DNA of 63,841 bases, the filler included, from Stramenopiles sp. TOSAG23-3 (Eukaryota): NCBI GenBank assembly GCA_900128585.1. It is 13 parts of 13 records of this genome, joined end to end, with 100 filler letters (N's around TTAATTAATTAA, not from the genome) between each part and the next. Parts side by side here need not be neighbours in the genome. Positions count along the whole stretch, not along the records: positions 26,354 to 32,833 come from LT643309.1; positions 32,934 to 39,410 come from LT643310.1; positions 39,511 to 45,986 come from LT643311.1; 10 more parts are not named here. One strand, given 5' to 3'. Below, one piece after another: positions 31,077 to 42,500 of the stretch. Below the pieces are notes generated by a model. It was given only the letters and a program-made list of their open reading frames with translations, was not told where the DNA came from and made no database searches. The position numbers and the translations under genes were made by a program. How positions within the stretch are numbered: the first letter of the stretch is position 1; each line of letters starts with the position of its first letter.

Positions 31077-32672
31077 TTAGAGGTCTTCGTAGTACTGGCC
31101 GTGCAATCCTGTTGGCTGAATAAACGGGATGTACACCCTCGAAATTTCCTTAAATGTCTTTGCGTCCAGAGTGAGGAGGTAAGATTTCTTGGCTTTGCCA
31201 TCAAGGACCACGGAGAGCAGGACGCCGTCATCTTCTGTCGCCCCCGAGGGGTTTGGGACAAATTGCGGTTCACTTGGGTAATGGAAGTCCACATGCCATA
31301 CCTTCAAGGGTGCGTCGGTGCATACGTCTTTTTTGACCAGTGCCATGTCAGCATAGTCCGGGCTGCTGCCCGCGTTTGCAGCCGTCTCCAGGTAGACATA
31401 ACAGTATTTTTTGCCTCGGTATTTATCGTTGATGCGTGGCAACAGAGAGGTGTTGTACCAAAGGCCGTCTTCGCCTTTCCTCCCGAAGTCCCGTTCGCTG
31501 ACTGTCTTTCCTGTCTTCAGGTTCAAAGTGTACCTTCGGATGGTTGGGTCAGCAGTGTGGGAGAGCTCTTTGTCCCTCAACGCCTTGTTGCGAATGATCC
31601 CCAACTGCATGTTGCTCATCGCACTTGCAGACCCACAGCTCTTGCAAGAGTTTACGTCAACAACGACCAGGTCATCCCCAGTCTTGGCATCTTTCGTCTC
31701 GTACGAGTTTATGTGGTGCCATGCCATCGTCGGCTCCCCATCAAAATATTTGATCTTGTTGGAGCCGTCCAACGGGACCAATGCAATGATGCTGCGGGCA
31801 CTGTTGTCCCACACCATGCACTGTGCGATCGGGAGAAACTTCATGAGACACCCCATGTGCCACCGGATGGGCCAAAGGGTGAACACCGCGAAGTTGTCGG
31901 TGATCCCAAACGAGTGGATCAATGGCAGCGTCTTCATACTGATTGTACCGATCGTTTCCCGCTTCATCCCGTTCCCAGTGACCTTGTAAATGTCGATAGT
32001 TGTGTTGAACCCTAGCATGCTCGGGGTGGCTGCGTAGTTGATTGTGACAGAATTATCCCCTACCAGGTACTGGGGGTGCGCAGCGGAGTTTATCTTCAGG
32101 ATCAACTTGTCCGCCCACTCGAAGGGCATCCCAGAGAGATGCTCTGGCTCAAACCTAGCTACTTCTGCAATGTCGGTGGTTGCGGTGTAGACCGGCCGTT
32201 CTTCGGATGACGACTCGTTTCCGAACCTCCAAATGTTCACGTTCTGGGAATTCATTTTGCTCATCAAAGCTTTCAACGACATCTTCTCAGGCGGCACGGT
32301 AGTCCCGAACAGAAGCGTCGGTGCTATGTCGTTGATTTCCCGGGACTTGTTGTACCATTTGTTCCCCAGGAATCGCGTTTGGTAACTGACTTTTCCGTCC
32401 TTGAAAGTGTACTTTTGCACTTTGCTGTACCCGTCCCACGCGAACGTAAAGTTTCGCTTCGGGCCATTCGGCCCATCGAAACGCCCGGGCCCGTTGCGAA
32501 GAAACGTTCCCGTCAACCAATCGGGGACACTACCACTCAACTCGACAGGGGCGAGAGTTTCCTCCAACGAATTTTCAAACAAAGCCCCGTAACCAAAGTC
32601 AACGTCGTGGGCAAGGGCGACCGAGAATAGCACGCCCGCCGAAACGACAAACTTCAACACAGTGGGAAACAT
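31077..32672 (-). CDS. Carotenoid cleavage oxygenase (RPE65/BCO family) with signal peptide
   Basis: GSVPDWLTGTFLRNGPG, four Fe-ligand His (SAAHP, IHSFG, WHHINSYE, GLHG), SEPQFVP, EDDGVLLS; leader MFPTVLKFVVSAGVLFSVALA. Confidence 0.92.
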   Translation of the reverse strand: MFPTVLKFVVSAGVLFSVALAHDVDFGYGALFENSLEETLAPVELSGSVPDWLTGTFLRNGPGRFDGPNGPKRNFTFAWDGYSKVQKYTFKDGKVSYQTRFLGNKWYNKSREINDIAPTLLFGTTVPPEKMSLKALMSKMNSQNVNIWRFGNESSSEERPVYTATTDIAEVARFEPEHLSGMPFEWADKLILKINSAAHPQYLVGDNSVTINYAATPSMLGFNTTIDIYKVTGNGMKRETIGTISMKTLPLIHSFGITDNFAVFTLWPIRWHMGCLMKFLPIAQCMVWDNSARSIIALVPLDGSNKIKYFDGEPTMAWHHINSYETKDAKTGDDLVVVDVNSCKSCGSASAMSNMQLGIIRNKALRDKELSHTADPTIRRYTLNLKTGKTVSERDFGRKGEDGLWYNTSLLPRINDKYRGKKYCYVYLETAANAGSSPDYADMALVKKDVCTDAPLKVWHVDFHYPSEPQFVPNPSGATEDDGVLLSVVLDGKAKKSYLLTLDAKTFKEISRVYIPFIQPTGLHGQYYEDL

Positions 32673-32933
32673 CCCGTTCAAGTATAATAATACAAGCAGG
32701 CGGGTGTTCTCGTATTTGAACTAGACCAACGTTACCGTCGAATCGTGTTTATCGCTTTTCTCTCTTCCCTCGTGGATGTTAAAATTAATTTCTTTTTTCC
32801 TTTTCATTTTTTATTACACTTTTCTTTCAAGTGNNNNNNNNNNNNNNNNNNNNNNNNNNNNNNNNNNNNNNNNNNNNTTAATTAATTAANNNNNNNNNNN
32901 NNNNNNNNNNNNNNNNNNNNNNNNNNNNNNNNN

Positions 32934-35900
32934 CTTGTAGATAGGAAGAGCTTCGCCAACGCTACGTTTTTGTGCGCGGGGAGTTGCCCGAACCGCCCCA
33001 TTGTTGCCATGGCAACCACGGACGGGGTTCTTCGGATTTTTACTGCTGGGGGAACCTCTGAAAAAGTTGAGACAAAGTTGATCTATCGGTGCAAATTAGC
33101 AGATGTGGCGATCACGGACATTTTATTCCACCCGCAAAAACCAATTGTCGCGGTGTCCGTGCTCAGCCAGAACCAGGTCTTTTTCCTGGACGTGAGGGCG
33201 GAAGAGAAGATCCGAGTCATTGGCGTCGCTAGGTTGGAAGGTACAGCAACCCCCAACTCACTGGCGTGGCGTAACCCAGAGAGCACCGAATTGTTTGTTG
33301 GTAGCGCGAGCGGGGACTTGATCGAAGTCGTAGCCCCTGCCCCAGCTGTGAAAGGGGAATCGGCGCGGCTTGCGGCGGCTGACGTCCCGGCCAAAGAGGT
33401 CGCGTCCGTAGGGCTGAAGCCGTTCACCCTGTTGGCGACAGGGAACGGGGCATACGGGGGCAACCAGTGCGTTTTCGTTGGCTCTGCAGAGACAAAGGCC
33501 TATGCACAATTCGACCTGAAGTCTTCCACTAGGAAACTGCAGTTGCAGCCCTCTGGCCGCCACTTAGCGCACCCGCGGGGTATCATTTGCACGGCAATGC
33601 ACGCTATCGACAGCGAATCTTTCTTAGTTGCAACAGGCGGACAGGGCGGCACCATTGTCTTGTGGCTGATCAAACTGGACCCGAGCACGGGCAAAACCTC
33701 CACGTCATTGCTCCACACGCTCGCGTACCACGCAGCTCCAGTGATCTCACTGGCGTTTGACCACGAGGGCAATCGCTTGTTTTCATCGTCGACCGACGGG
33801 GGGATTTTTTCATGGAAGCTTGAAAGGAAGCGCCGTAGCACCCTGCCACCCGTGTCAAATGTCGGGTATTGGACGATGGATGCGGTCGTTGAGCCGACGG
33901 AAGCCGAATGCAAGGCAGAGCTTTCGTATTTAGGGCGTTTGCAGAAGATCGCAGATGACCGCGCTTTTGAAGAAAACGAGCGTGCTAAGGCTGTACGAAA
34001 AAATGATTTGCAAGACATTAGGGCGGAGCTCGAAAAGTTGCTGCAACAGAACGACCGGGTGCCCGAGCTTGAAAAAATGAATAGGGACGAATTTGTCATA
34101 GACCTGGACGGAAAAGCAAGCCTCCTTAAGGGGGGAGAAGAGCGCGCAGACGGTCTTAGGAAAGAGCTGGAAATGGAAAACACCAAGAAAGATTTGCTTG
34201 CCGATCGCTTACGCGAAGAAGTATGGGATGCCATGGACGATAAAACCACTGGGCTCTTTGCTTTCAAGTCTAATGATTCGATTTACAACTTCGGCATTCC
34301 AAAAGTAACCGAAGAGGAAAGGCTAAAGTTGGAAAAAGTTATGCACGTGCGCAGAGTTGAGCTACGACACGTACGCACAGCAAACAAGGGTGGGAAAGCA
34401 TGGGCCGATTTGGAAGCTCAGCTTCCGCAAGAAGAGAAATTAGATTGGATGGTAAACGAAGGTTTGCTCCAACCAACGGACGATTTAATCGAGCGGAAGT
34501 CAGAAGAAGAAAAGGCAGCCGAAGCCAAGGACGCCGAGAAGGGTGACGACGACGAGGAGGAGGACGAGGAAGAGGAGGAGGAAGAAGCTGGCGAGGAAGA
34601 GGACGAAGGGGTCACGAAAGAGGAGGGCATTCTCGAACTGATCTACCCACCCCTTGCGCTACGGACAACAGCCCAGAAGAGAATCCAAATCCTCTTTTTG
34701 AGAGAGTTGGTCCGATTGACGAAGAAACAATTTAATAAAAAGTTTGGTGAAATTTTTGCCATGAAACAGGACAAATTCGACCAAATTATTACCAAGAATA
34801 ACCGCATAAAGGAGATTCTGGGAGAGCTGAAGACAATGGAAGAGTTCTTTGTCCCATCCTGGAATGACGAAGAACTCCCGGAGAAGTTTTCCACAGTTAC
34901 AGATGAGGAGATGGAGATAGAGCGTTATGTTTCCGAAGCAGAGCGGAAACGCATTGCAGAGGAGGAGGAAGCGAAACGTTTGGCAGCGCTCAACAACAAC
35001 GAAGACAACGCCCCCGAGCGAGCGCTCATGGAAATGATGGGGGGAACCCTCGAGGTGAAAACAGACCTGAACGCCCTCGAGATCGAGCTCGTTCGAGAAG
35101 AGTGGATGGACGAGCTTCTTTTTGAAGAAATGTCCGAAGATCAACGGAAACTGGTCGAGGAATTTGAAGCAAAACAAAAATCATTAACCGAAGAGAAGGA
35201 AAAATACCGCAAAGGATTGGAGTTGGAGCTGAAAAAAATTAAGGCAGAGATAGTCGAAATTTGCCAATCGTTTGACGATAAATTAAACCAATTCAGAAAG
35301 GTTAAGACACGGTTTCAGGAACAGATTTTGACGCAAGAGATGTACGCCCTGAGGTTGGCATTGCTGCTTTTGGAGAAAGAGGACGATGCTGCCCAAGTTA
35401 CAAAGCTTCGCAAGGAATTGGTGGCACTAATCGAAGAGCAAAAGATCGCAAAATCGAAGCTTACGGATTTTCAAGTAAATGTGCAGCAATGCAAGGGCGA
35501 GCTAGACGTAATGCGCAACAACGACAAATCCCTGGAGAAGGATTTCAAGCGCATCATTCAAGAGCGAGCTCCCAATGGCATATTGGACAACGATACGTTA
35601 GCAGTGTTGACGACCCTTTACAAATCGAGACCCACTGTTCAGGAATCCATATCGAAAGACCCCTCGTTAGTCATGGACACGATCATAACGAACGACCCGT
35701 TCGTAGAGGACCTTGCCGCGCAGCTTCAAAACCAGCCAGGAAAACAAGCTGCTGCGGCCAGAGCCGCCGCCATGCAACCGTTGGATTTAGAGAACGAACT
35801 TCCCGAAGGTTTCGAAGTGGAGCAAAATATTTTGGACGAACTTCAAAAGCAGCGCATGAAGAAAATCGAGCACGAGTGTGACATTTCTGTGAAGACCAAA

Positions 35901-36767
35901 GAGTTGAGAAAGTTGCAAGAGCGAGAGAACATCCTAATCGACGTTTCTGATGTGATCGGACGAAAGGTTCAGGAAACCGAAGCGTTGATGGCGGAGCTGA
36001 AGGAAAGGATAGTGTTTAATTCTCTGAACCATGAATGTTTGGTCACTCTACGCCAGGGTTTTGTGGAAGTAGCCCAAGAAGCCGTAGTAACAGATTATAC
36101 CGACGCATGCTTGATTAACCGCAATTTGATCGAAGAGCGCAATTCTAGAATTCGCGATCTTGGGGTGAAGAAAGTAGAAGTCTTGGAGACCATTAAGAAT
36201 TTTAACAAGAAAATTAATTTGATGAAGTGGGAAACAAATTATTTGAAGATGGCGACGAACAATTTAGAGGAAAAGTATTTGGATCTACACATGCTTCGCG
36301 TTACGAAAGATTTGCAGGCCTTCTTGAAGGGTGGGGCAAACGTAGACCGGCACAAGGTCGACTACGAGAAATCAGAAAGAAAGATGGCTTACATTCAGAA
36401 AGCCCACGCCGCTAAAATGGCCAAGTTGATGAAGACTAGGGGAAAGAAAGAGAAGGAAGTGAAGAAAAAAGAGTCCGAGAACTCTCGTTTGTCGAACCAT
36501 GTCAAGGAGTTGGAGAAAAACGTCGCGGTCCGTGCATCAATCCACCGAGCCCGCGCTTCTGGGGGCGATGGCGTTGCAGACCCCAACGCGGCAGGAAGGG
36601 CCCGCATGAAAGCTGTTGTCACTCGAAGAAAGCTTCTAGACCTCGCTCGTGCACAGACCGACGAAATCGAATTTTTGCGCCAAGAGCTTGACCGCTTACG
36701 CCAGAAAACTTTCCCGTCGTTCGCCACGAGGCGAAACAGGGATATGAACCCAGATGAAATTTACTGA
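32934..36767 (+). CDS. CFAP43: Cilia- and flagella-associated protein 43 (WD40 + coiled coil), 5'-partial
   Basis: WD40 repeats then a long coiled coil; ERALMEMMGGTLE, LRQGFVEV, C-terminal EIEFLRQELDRLRQKTFPSF. Confidence 0.85.
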   Translation, partial: LVDRKSFANATFLCAGSCPNRPIVAMATTDGVLRIFTAGGTSEKVETKLIYRCKLADVAITDILFHPQKPIVAVSVLSQNQVFFLDVRAEEKIRVIGVARLEGTATPNSLAWRNPESTELFVGSASGDLIEVVAPAPAVKGESARLAAADVPAKEVASVGLKPFTLLATGNGAYGGNQCVFVGSAETKAYAQFDLKSSTRKLQLQPSGRHLAHPRGIICTAMHAIDSESFLVATGGQGGTIVLWLIKLDPSTGKTSTSLLHTLAYHAAPVISLAFDHEGNRLFSSSTDGGIFSWKLERKRRSTLPPVSNVGYWTMDAVVEPTEAECKAELSYLGRLQKIADDRAFEENERAKAVRKNDLQDIRAELEKLLQQNDRVPELEKMNRDEFVIDLDGKASLLKGGEERADGLRKELEMENTKKDLLADRLREEVWDAMDDKTTGLFAFKSNDSIYNFGIPKVTEEERLKLEKVMHVRRVELRHVRTANKGGKAWADLEAQLPQEEKLDWMVNEGLLQPTDDLIERKSEEEKAAEAKDAEKGDDDEEEDEEEEEEEAGEEEDEGVTKEEGILELIYPPLALRTTAQKRIQILFLRELVRLTKKQFNKKFGEIFAMKQDKFDQIITKNNRIKEILGELKTMEEFFVPSWNDEELPEKFSTVTDEEMEIERYVSEAERKRIAEEEEAKRLAALNNNEDNAPERALMEMMGGTLEVKTDLNALEIELVREEWMDELLFEEMSEDQRKLVEEFEAKQKSLTEEKEKYRKGLELELKKIKAEIVEICQSFDDKLNQFRKVKTRFQEQILTQEMYALRLALLLLEKEDDAAQVTKLRKELVALIEEQKIAKSKLTDFQVNVQQCKGELDVMRNNDKSLEKDFKRIIQERAPNGILDNDTLAVLTTLYKSRPTVQESISKDPSLVMDTIITNDPFVEDLAAQLQNQPGKQAAAARAAAMQPLDLENELPEGFEVEQNILDELQKQRMKKIEHECDISVKTKELRKLQERENILIDVSDVIGRKVQETEALMAELKERIVFNSLNHECLVTLRQGFVEVAQEAVVTDYTDACLINRNLIEERNSRIRDLGVKKVEVLETIKNFNKKINLMKWETNYLKMATNNLEEKYLDLHMLRVTKDLQAFLKGGANVDRHKVDYEKSERKMAYIQKAHAAKMAKLMKTRGKKEKEVKKKESENSRLSNHVKELEKNVAVRASIHRARASGGDGVADPNAAGRARMKAVVTRRKLLDLARAQTDEIEFLRQELDRLRQKTFPSFATRRNRDMNPDEIY

Positions 36768-36817
36768 GAACAGTGCGAGATGAGGAATTAAAAAAATGTG
36801 CCATTGCTTATGTTGAT

Positions 36818-36852
36818 AAAAACAAAAAATTGGCTGTTATTTAAGTAATATT
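36818..36852 (+). repeat. 3'-intergenic element A, copy 6
   Basis: AAAAACAAAAAATTGGCTGTTATTTAAGTAATATT, 50 bp after the stop at 36767. Confidence 0.9.
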
Positions 36853-37028
36853 ATGTACTGTACTTTGTACACAAAAATACGTTTTCTATTTACAAATGAA
36901 AAAAAATGCCAGCATTTCTTAATTTTTATTTACTTCCGCGTCACCCAAAGCATCGGGCACGACGAACGAACTACTTTGTATTTTTTACGTACGTTTTTCT
37001 CTCTCGTTCAACTTTGCGAGAATTAAGC

Positions 37029-38414
37029 TTACGCCATCCACCCAGGGGTGCGGAAATTTGCACCGGCGTACGTCGCGTCACTCCCTAGGTATTCTTCGAT
37101 ACGCAAGAGTTGGTTGTATTTTGCAGTCCGTTCACCACGGCACGGGGCACCGGTCTTGATTTGGCCAGTGCAAAGCCCAACAGCAAGGTCCGCAATGTAC
37201 GAATCTTCTGTCTCACCAGAGCGGTGACTGGTCATTACCCCCCACCCGTTTTGCTTGGACAGTTTGACCGCGTTGATCGACTCGGTGATGGAACCGATTT
37301 GGTTCACCTTCAACAGCAGGCAGTTTGCGGCCCCTTCTTTGACGGCTTGTTCGATTTTCGTCGGGTTGGTCACGGTTAGGTCATCGCCAACGACCTGGCA
37401 ATCAGTTCCTACGCTCTTGCAAAATTTAGACCAGTTCGCCCAATCGTCTTGGTCAAATGGATCTTCTACGGTTACGAAAGGGTAATCGCGGATCAACTTT
37501 TGGTAGAATTCCACCATCTCGTCTCCCGTCAACAAGGCCGCCGCATCCTTGTCGGCGCCAGTGGTCTTGAAGTCCAAATCGTATGCATTTTGGCCATCGA
37601 CTTTGAATTCAGAGGCGGCAACGTCCAGGCCGAGCGTCATTTCGTTCTCGTACCCCGAGCGCTTAATACCTTCCATCAGAAGGTCCACGCCCTGCTGCAC
37701 ATCGCACGGTGGCGCGAAGCCACCCTCGTCCCCTATCAACGTGGCGTCGCCGCCGTACTTCTCCTTGATGACCGCCTTCAGGTTGTGGAAGACCTCGCAA
37801 CCGATCTGCATGGCATCTTTGAAGGACCCAGCACCGGTTGGAATTACAAAGAATTCTTGGAACGCCAATTTGTTGCCAGCGTGCTCCCCGCCGTTGATGA
37901 CGTTGAAGCACGGGGTCGGGAGAACGTTGGGGTTCGGGTTTCCGGCAAGCTCTGCGTAGTGCATGAACAAGGGGATGCCCTTTGCAGCAGCGCCGGCTTT
38001 CGATATGGCCAACGATGCGCCTAGAATGGCGTTTGCCCCTAGGTTCGTCTTGTTCGGCGTCCCGTCCAAGTCCAGCATAAGTTGGTCGAGCCCCTCTTGG
38101 TCCGTTGGGTCTTTTCCGATAAGGGCAGGGCCCAAGGTGTTGTTGACTGCCTGTATGGCTTGCAGAACGCCCTTTCCCATGTACCGGTCACCGCCGTCAC
38201 GAAGTTCGCAGGCTTCGTAAATACCGGTCGATGCCCCAGAAGGGACACTTGCGCGATGCAACTGCTTGTCGTCGGTGGTAATGTCCACCTCCACCGTCGG
38301 ATTTCCCCTGGAGTCGATGATCTCACGGGCGTGGACGGAGGCGATCGAGCTGAACGCCCGGGGGGTGTTGGTTTTGGCCACGGTCGTGGCGGTACGTTGA
38401 ATGACTCTCTGCAT
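37029..38414 (-). CDS. ENO: Enolase with mitochondrial-type presequence
   Basis: [49 protein letters not shown]; leader [23 protein letters not shown] from ATG 38414. Confidence 0.97.
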   Translation of the reverse strand: MQRVIQRTATTVAKTNTPRAFSSIASVHAREIIDSRGNPTVEVDITTDDKQLHRASVPSGASTGIYEACELRDGGDRYMGKGVLQAIQAVNNTLGPALIGKDPTDQEGLDQLMLDLDGTPNKTNLGANAILGASLAISKAGAAAKGIPLFMHYAELAGNPNPNVLPTPCFNVINGGEHAGNKLAFQEFFVIPTGAGSFKDAMQIGCEVFHNLKAVIKEKYGGDATLIGDEGGFAPPCDVQQGVDLLMEGIKRSGYENEMTLGLDVAASEFKVDGQNAYDLDFKTTGADKDAAALLTGDEMVEFYQKLIRDYPFVTVEDPFDQDDWANWSKFCKSVGTDCQVVGDDLTVTNPTKIEQAVKEGAANCLLLKVNQIGSITESINAVKLSKQNGWGVMTSHRSGETEDSYIADLAVGLCTGQIKTGAPCRGERTAKYNQLLRIEEYLGSDATYAGANFRTPGWMA

Positions 38415-39582
38415 TGGGGCGTGTCGAAAAGGTTTTGCAATTGTAGAAGAAACGTATACTTTAACGATCGATGTTAAAATATATTGTAGATTAAACGCAG
38501 GAATGTAGCACACCGTTAAAATTAGAAACTGTCTCTCAATCAAACGTTCCATTCATTGTGTTTACGTCTCTCTCTCTCTCTGTCATTCATTCTGCTTTCA
38601 CTATACTACTACATTTTTTTTTTATACCTCCTTCTTGTGGTGTTGTTATCTCCTCTGCCTTTCTTCTTTCTCTTCTTCTTCTTGGTGTACACCAACTAAA
38701 TAATACGAAAACGAAAAACGAAGGGACGGTGGGCGATGATGAGGATAATAAGAAAAGATTTATTTTTTCTTTATTATTTGTTGAAGCCAACTTCTTTTAG
38801 AGAAATATAGAAATAGCATTATGGGAAGAAGAATGAATAAAAACTAACTATTTCGTATTGTATTCAATGTAAATTTGGTGATGACGCGTAGATCTTAATT
38901 AATATTTCTTCTTTCTCTTCTTCTTCTTCTTCGATATTTTTATTGTACAATAAAGTACCTCTCCCTCAATCCTATTTTCATTGATAATTATAATAAATAA
39001 AATAGACTAAGGATTTTATATAATATTTTAATATAGGACTATTGTATAATTTTAATAGCACTATATAATAAATACGAGGAGATGCCGTATAAATGTTAAA
39101 GTTCCATCCTTATTTTTCATAGTCCTCGTATTTAGTAATTCCTCCTTTTTTCTTTCTTCCTTTTTTTCCCTTCTTCTCCACACTTCCACAACAAAAAAAA
39201 AGAAAAAAAAGAAGAAGAAAAAGAAGAAAGTAAAAAATTCAATCAACAAAGAAGAAGAAGATTGATGAAGTGTTGTAAATATTTTTTATTTTATTCTAAT
39301 TATAAATACTTATAATAGTTATTTACTGCACCAGGGAGAGAGAGAGGGAGGGAGGGAGGGAGGGAGGGAGGAGGATTAATCGGGCAGGCAGCAAAAGGCA
39401 AAAAGAAAGANNNNNNNNNNNNNNNNNNNNNNNNNNNNNNNNNNNNNNNNNNNNTTAATTAATTAANNNNNNNNNNNNNNNNNNNNNNNNNNNNNNNNNN
39501 NNNNNNNNNNTTTTAATATATCAATATTACAAATATATAACAAAAACATATCGGCCATCGTACTCGCCCGAATACATCTTCT

Positions 39583-42500
39583 TCATCTCACGCGCCTGCG
39601 CTTTTGCCGAGGGTTTGCGCTGCTTTCGTTCGATCCATCACGAGCAGAAATGAGATTTTTCACGCTGTGGCAAACCGATGTAATTTTCTCCCGTAATATT
39701 CTACTGTCTCTTACGATTCGACTTCCGGGGTTATTGTACTTTGCAGCAGCCTGGCAAATAATAGCAGCATCCCTGGCAACTTGATCGTATGTTCGGTAAT
39801 AGTTATTTTGCAACCGTTCGCGGATTAAGCCCACCCACATAGGCATAGGGACGTGAAATTGGTAAAGGGGGTATTGACCTTCATCTACCCGCTCTTTGTA
39901 CAGAAGAAACCGTTCTTCCTGTGACAACTCGTCGACAGCTTGAAGAATTCGGCGAGAGCCAGACTTTGACAGTTTTGGGGGCCGCCCAACGTCGCTTGGA
40001 AAAACAATTTCCCATGGTGAAATAAATTCTAACTCCCCGCCAGTATCAAATCGTATGTGTAGAGAGCTAACAGGCGATAGAGGGAAAGAAACGTCTTGTG
40101 AACTCCGGGCTTCAACGATACCGCTGTATACAGCATCTTCATACGGGACGTTCACTTCAGCGCCAACCAAACTCCTCTCTATCTGGATAGACGCGAAAAA
40201 GCGATTGCTGAGAACCAAAAAATCAGGTTCACCAACTTGACCAATGTACACATCGAACGTAATAGGGCGAGAAATTCGTTTCCTGGTTATACCATTCACA
40301 AACTCAGTTACAATGCGGCCTCCTTGTAACGACTGGGTCGCTTTCAAGCTGACCTTGACGACAATGGTGTTTGCGGGAGAAACAGCCCCCCACCTGCCAT
40401 TCCAATGTTTGTGATTCCAAATGCCAGCATCTATATTTCCACCAGATGGTCCGGAGCCTGATGCGCCGTCGCGTTCAGAGACAAAGTGCGCAAGGTGTAA
40501 TTTGTGAATCTGCGGCAAATATACGACCTCGTCGCCGACTTGGGGGTTATAAATAGATGGCAAATTAGGGGAGTCCATCTTGTTTTTTAGCAGCCAGTCG
40601 CGTGCATAGACGATACCATCTCGCTCCTCCAACGTTGGTTCTTTGATAGGAAACGATAGGGCGCCATCATGTCCACTATCGTCGTCATAATCGTCTTCCT
40701 CCTCCGATGCCGAGTGCAGCAACTCTGCGTAATTGATACGGCTTGATGCCCCTAGACGTCTACTCGCACGAGTTGGGGCTGCAAGAACTGGGGTGTTCTC
40801 TATCATATCTTCCTCGTCGTCGGAGCTACTAGAGCTTGCACTGGCCGCGCGAAAATCACTGTCGTTTGCATCGTCGGGTTCTTCCTCGTCATCGTCGCCG
40901 CCATCATCCTCCCTGTATATCACGGTTCGATTCCGGCGGCCACTGCCGTTCGCTGCAGAGTTGTGCGGGTCCCCCGTAACCCCCCGTCTACTACGACTGC
41001 CAGGGGAATGCAACGTATTTATGTTGGAATTGCGGGCCCTGTCTTCCGAGCCGCCAGTGCGTGGCTGAGTTTGCGCTCCTGAAGGTGCGCGAGACGCGTC
41101 CGTGCTTTTCCCCGGGCCCCGTTGTTGGTGAGTCTGTCGCAAACGCTTCAATTTCATTTTGAACCCACCCTCGCCATATTTATAAAATGTTTCCTCGTTT
41201 CTTTCCATCAATCGTCGCGCAAACGAAGCATTCATTAACCGGAGATTCATAACGTTAAGTAGCAACTCCCGAGCAATTTCCTGTTTTTTTTGTAACGCCG
41301 TGTCCTCCAATGGTAACGGCCCATCGCTGGAGCAATGTGCATTCCTTATCATCTCATCGGTGATATAAAGCTCTGCGGTGTCGGACATGTGCGGCCGATA
41401 AGGCAATGGCTGGGAATGGTATGGCTGAGTGTCAGCCGCAATCAGTACATTGATATGTCTAGGTATCAAATGTGTCGCACAGTTATAATCAGTATCGATG
41501 CAGTAGCCCTCGTCGTCCCATTCCAAGGGATGGTAGTCTTGGGTTTGGTACTGTTCCTCCGGCACCGCTGCGAAGGTGGTCGATGGTTTTCTCGTGCTTT
41601 GCAGATGCTTTGTTGGCTATTCCGGCCTTTATCTCGGCGTCTGACGGTAGTAGTTGGGGAGCGTGCACACTGTTGCATGAATCATTGTGGCCGTCTCCAG
41701 CGCCAAAGAACAGTAAACGCCCGTTCGCGTCGACGGCGTACAAGGTGGTTCCGTCAACACCCCACGTACAGTCTAATACGTCGACGTCCATGTGCGGCTG
41801 AAAGCGGGGCACGCCGGCTTTCGTTGGCCGAAATTTGTTTTGATAACAAAATAAAAACTGGCCCCGAGAAATATCAGATACAATAATTTTGCCATCCCAC
41901 CCCGCCGTCAATACCAAATCCGGGTTCTGCGGGTGTGCTTCAATGATAAATACAGGCCGACTGTGATGATTGAACGTATGAATCAATGCACCAGTAAAAC
42001 TGTTCCACACGCGAATCCCCACCTCATACTGTCGCTCTAACTCTGGTGTGGTCTTGGGGGATAGATCTAATTTTTGCGCGGATATAATTCGTGTGTCGCA
42101 TCTGCTCCATATAACCTTCGTCACAACTGGTATTGTTGCAGGTGGATGGTTCTTCCTTTCTTCCTTCCTTAAAACGGGCTCCTCGCCATTTGTGTGCTCA
42201 ATACCAATGGATCCCGCGTACGCTGCATGTGACTGCACCGGATCATCCATGCGAATGATGTCCTCCCCTAGCAAAGCACTGTGTTTCAAAACTTTTGCGG
42301 TCGGCCGTGAAAACCCATCCTCTTCTCCGGAGAAGTCGTGAATCCGGACGACATTGTGCTGGGCAGCGCAGGTCACCAGCCGGTCTCCAGCGTTGCTGAA
42401 TAGTGTGTCGGAAAGCCCCTTCATGTGCGCCGAGAGGACGGTGACCAAACGCACGGTTACTTTTCTGCGCGGTGAACGAAAAACGTGGGCGGCGGCTAAG

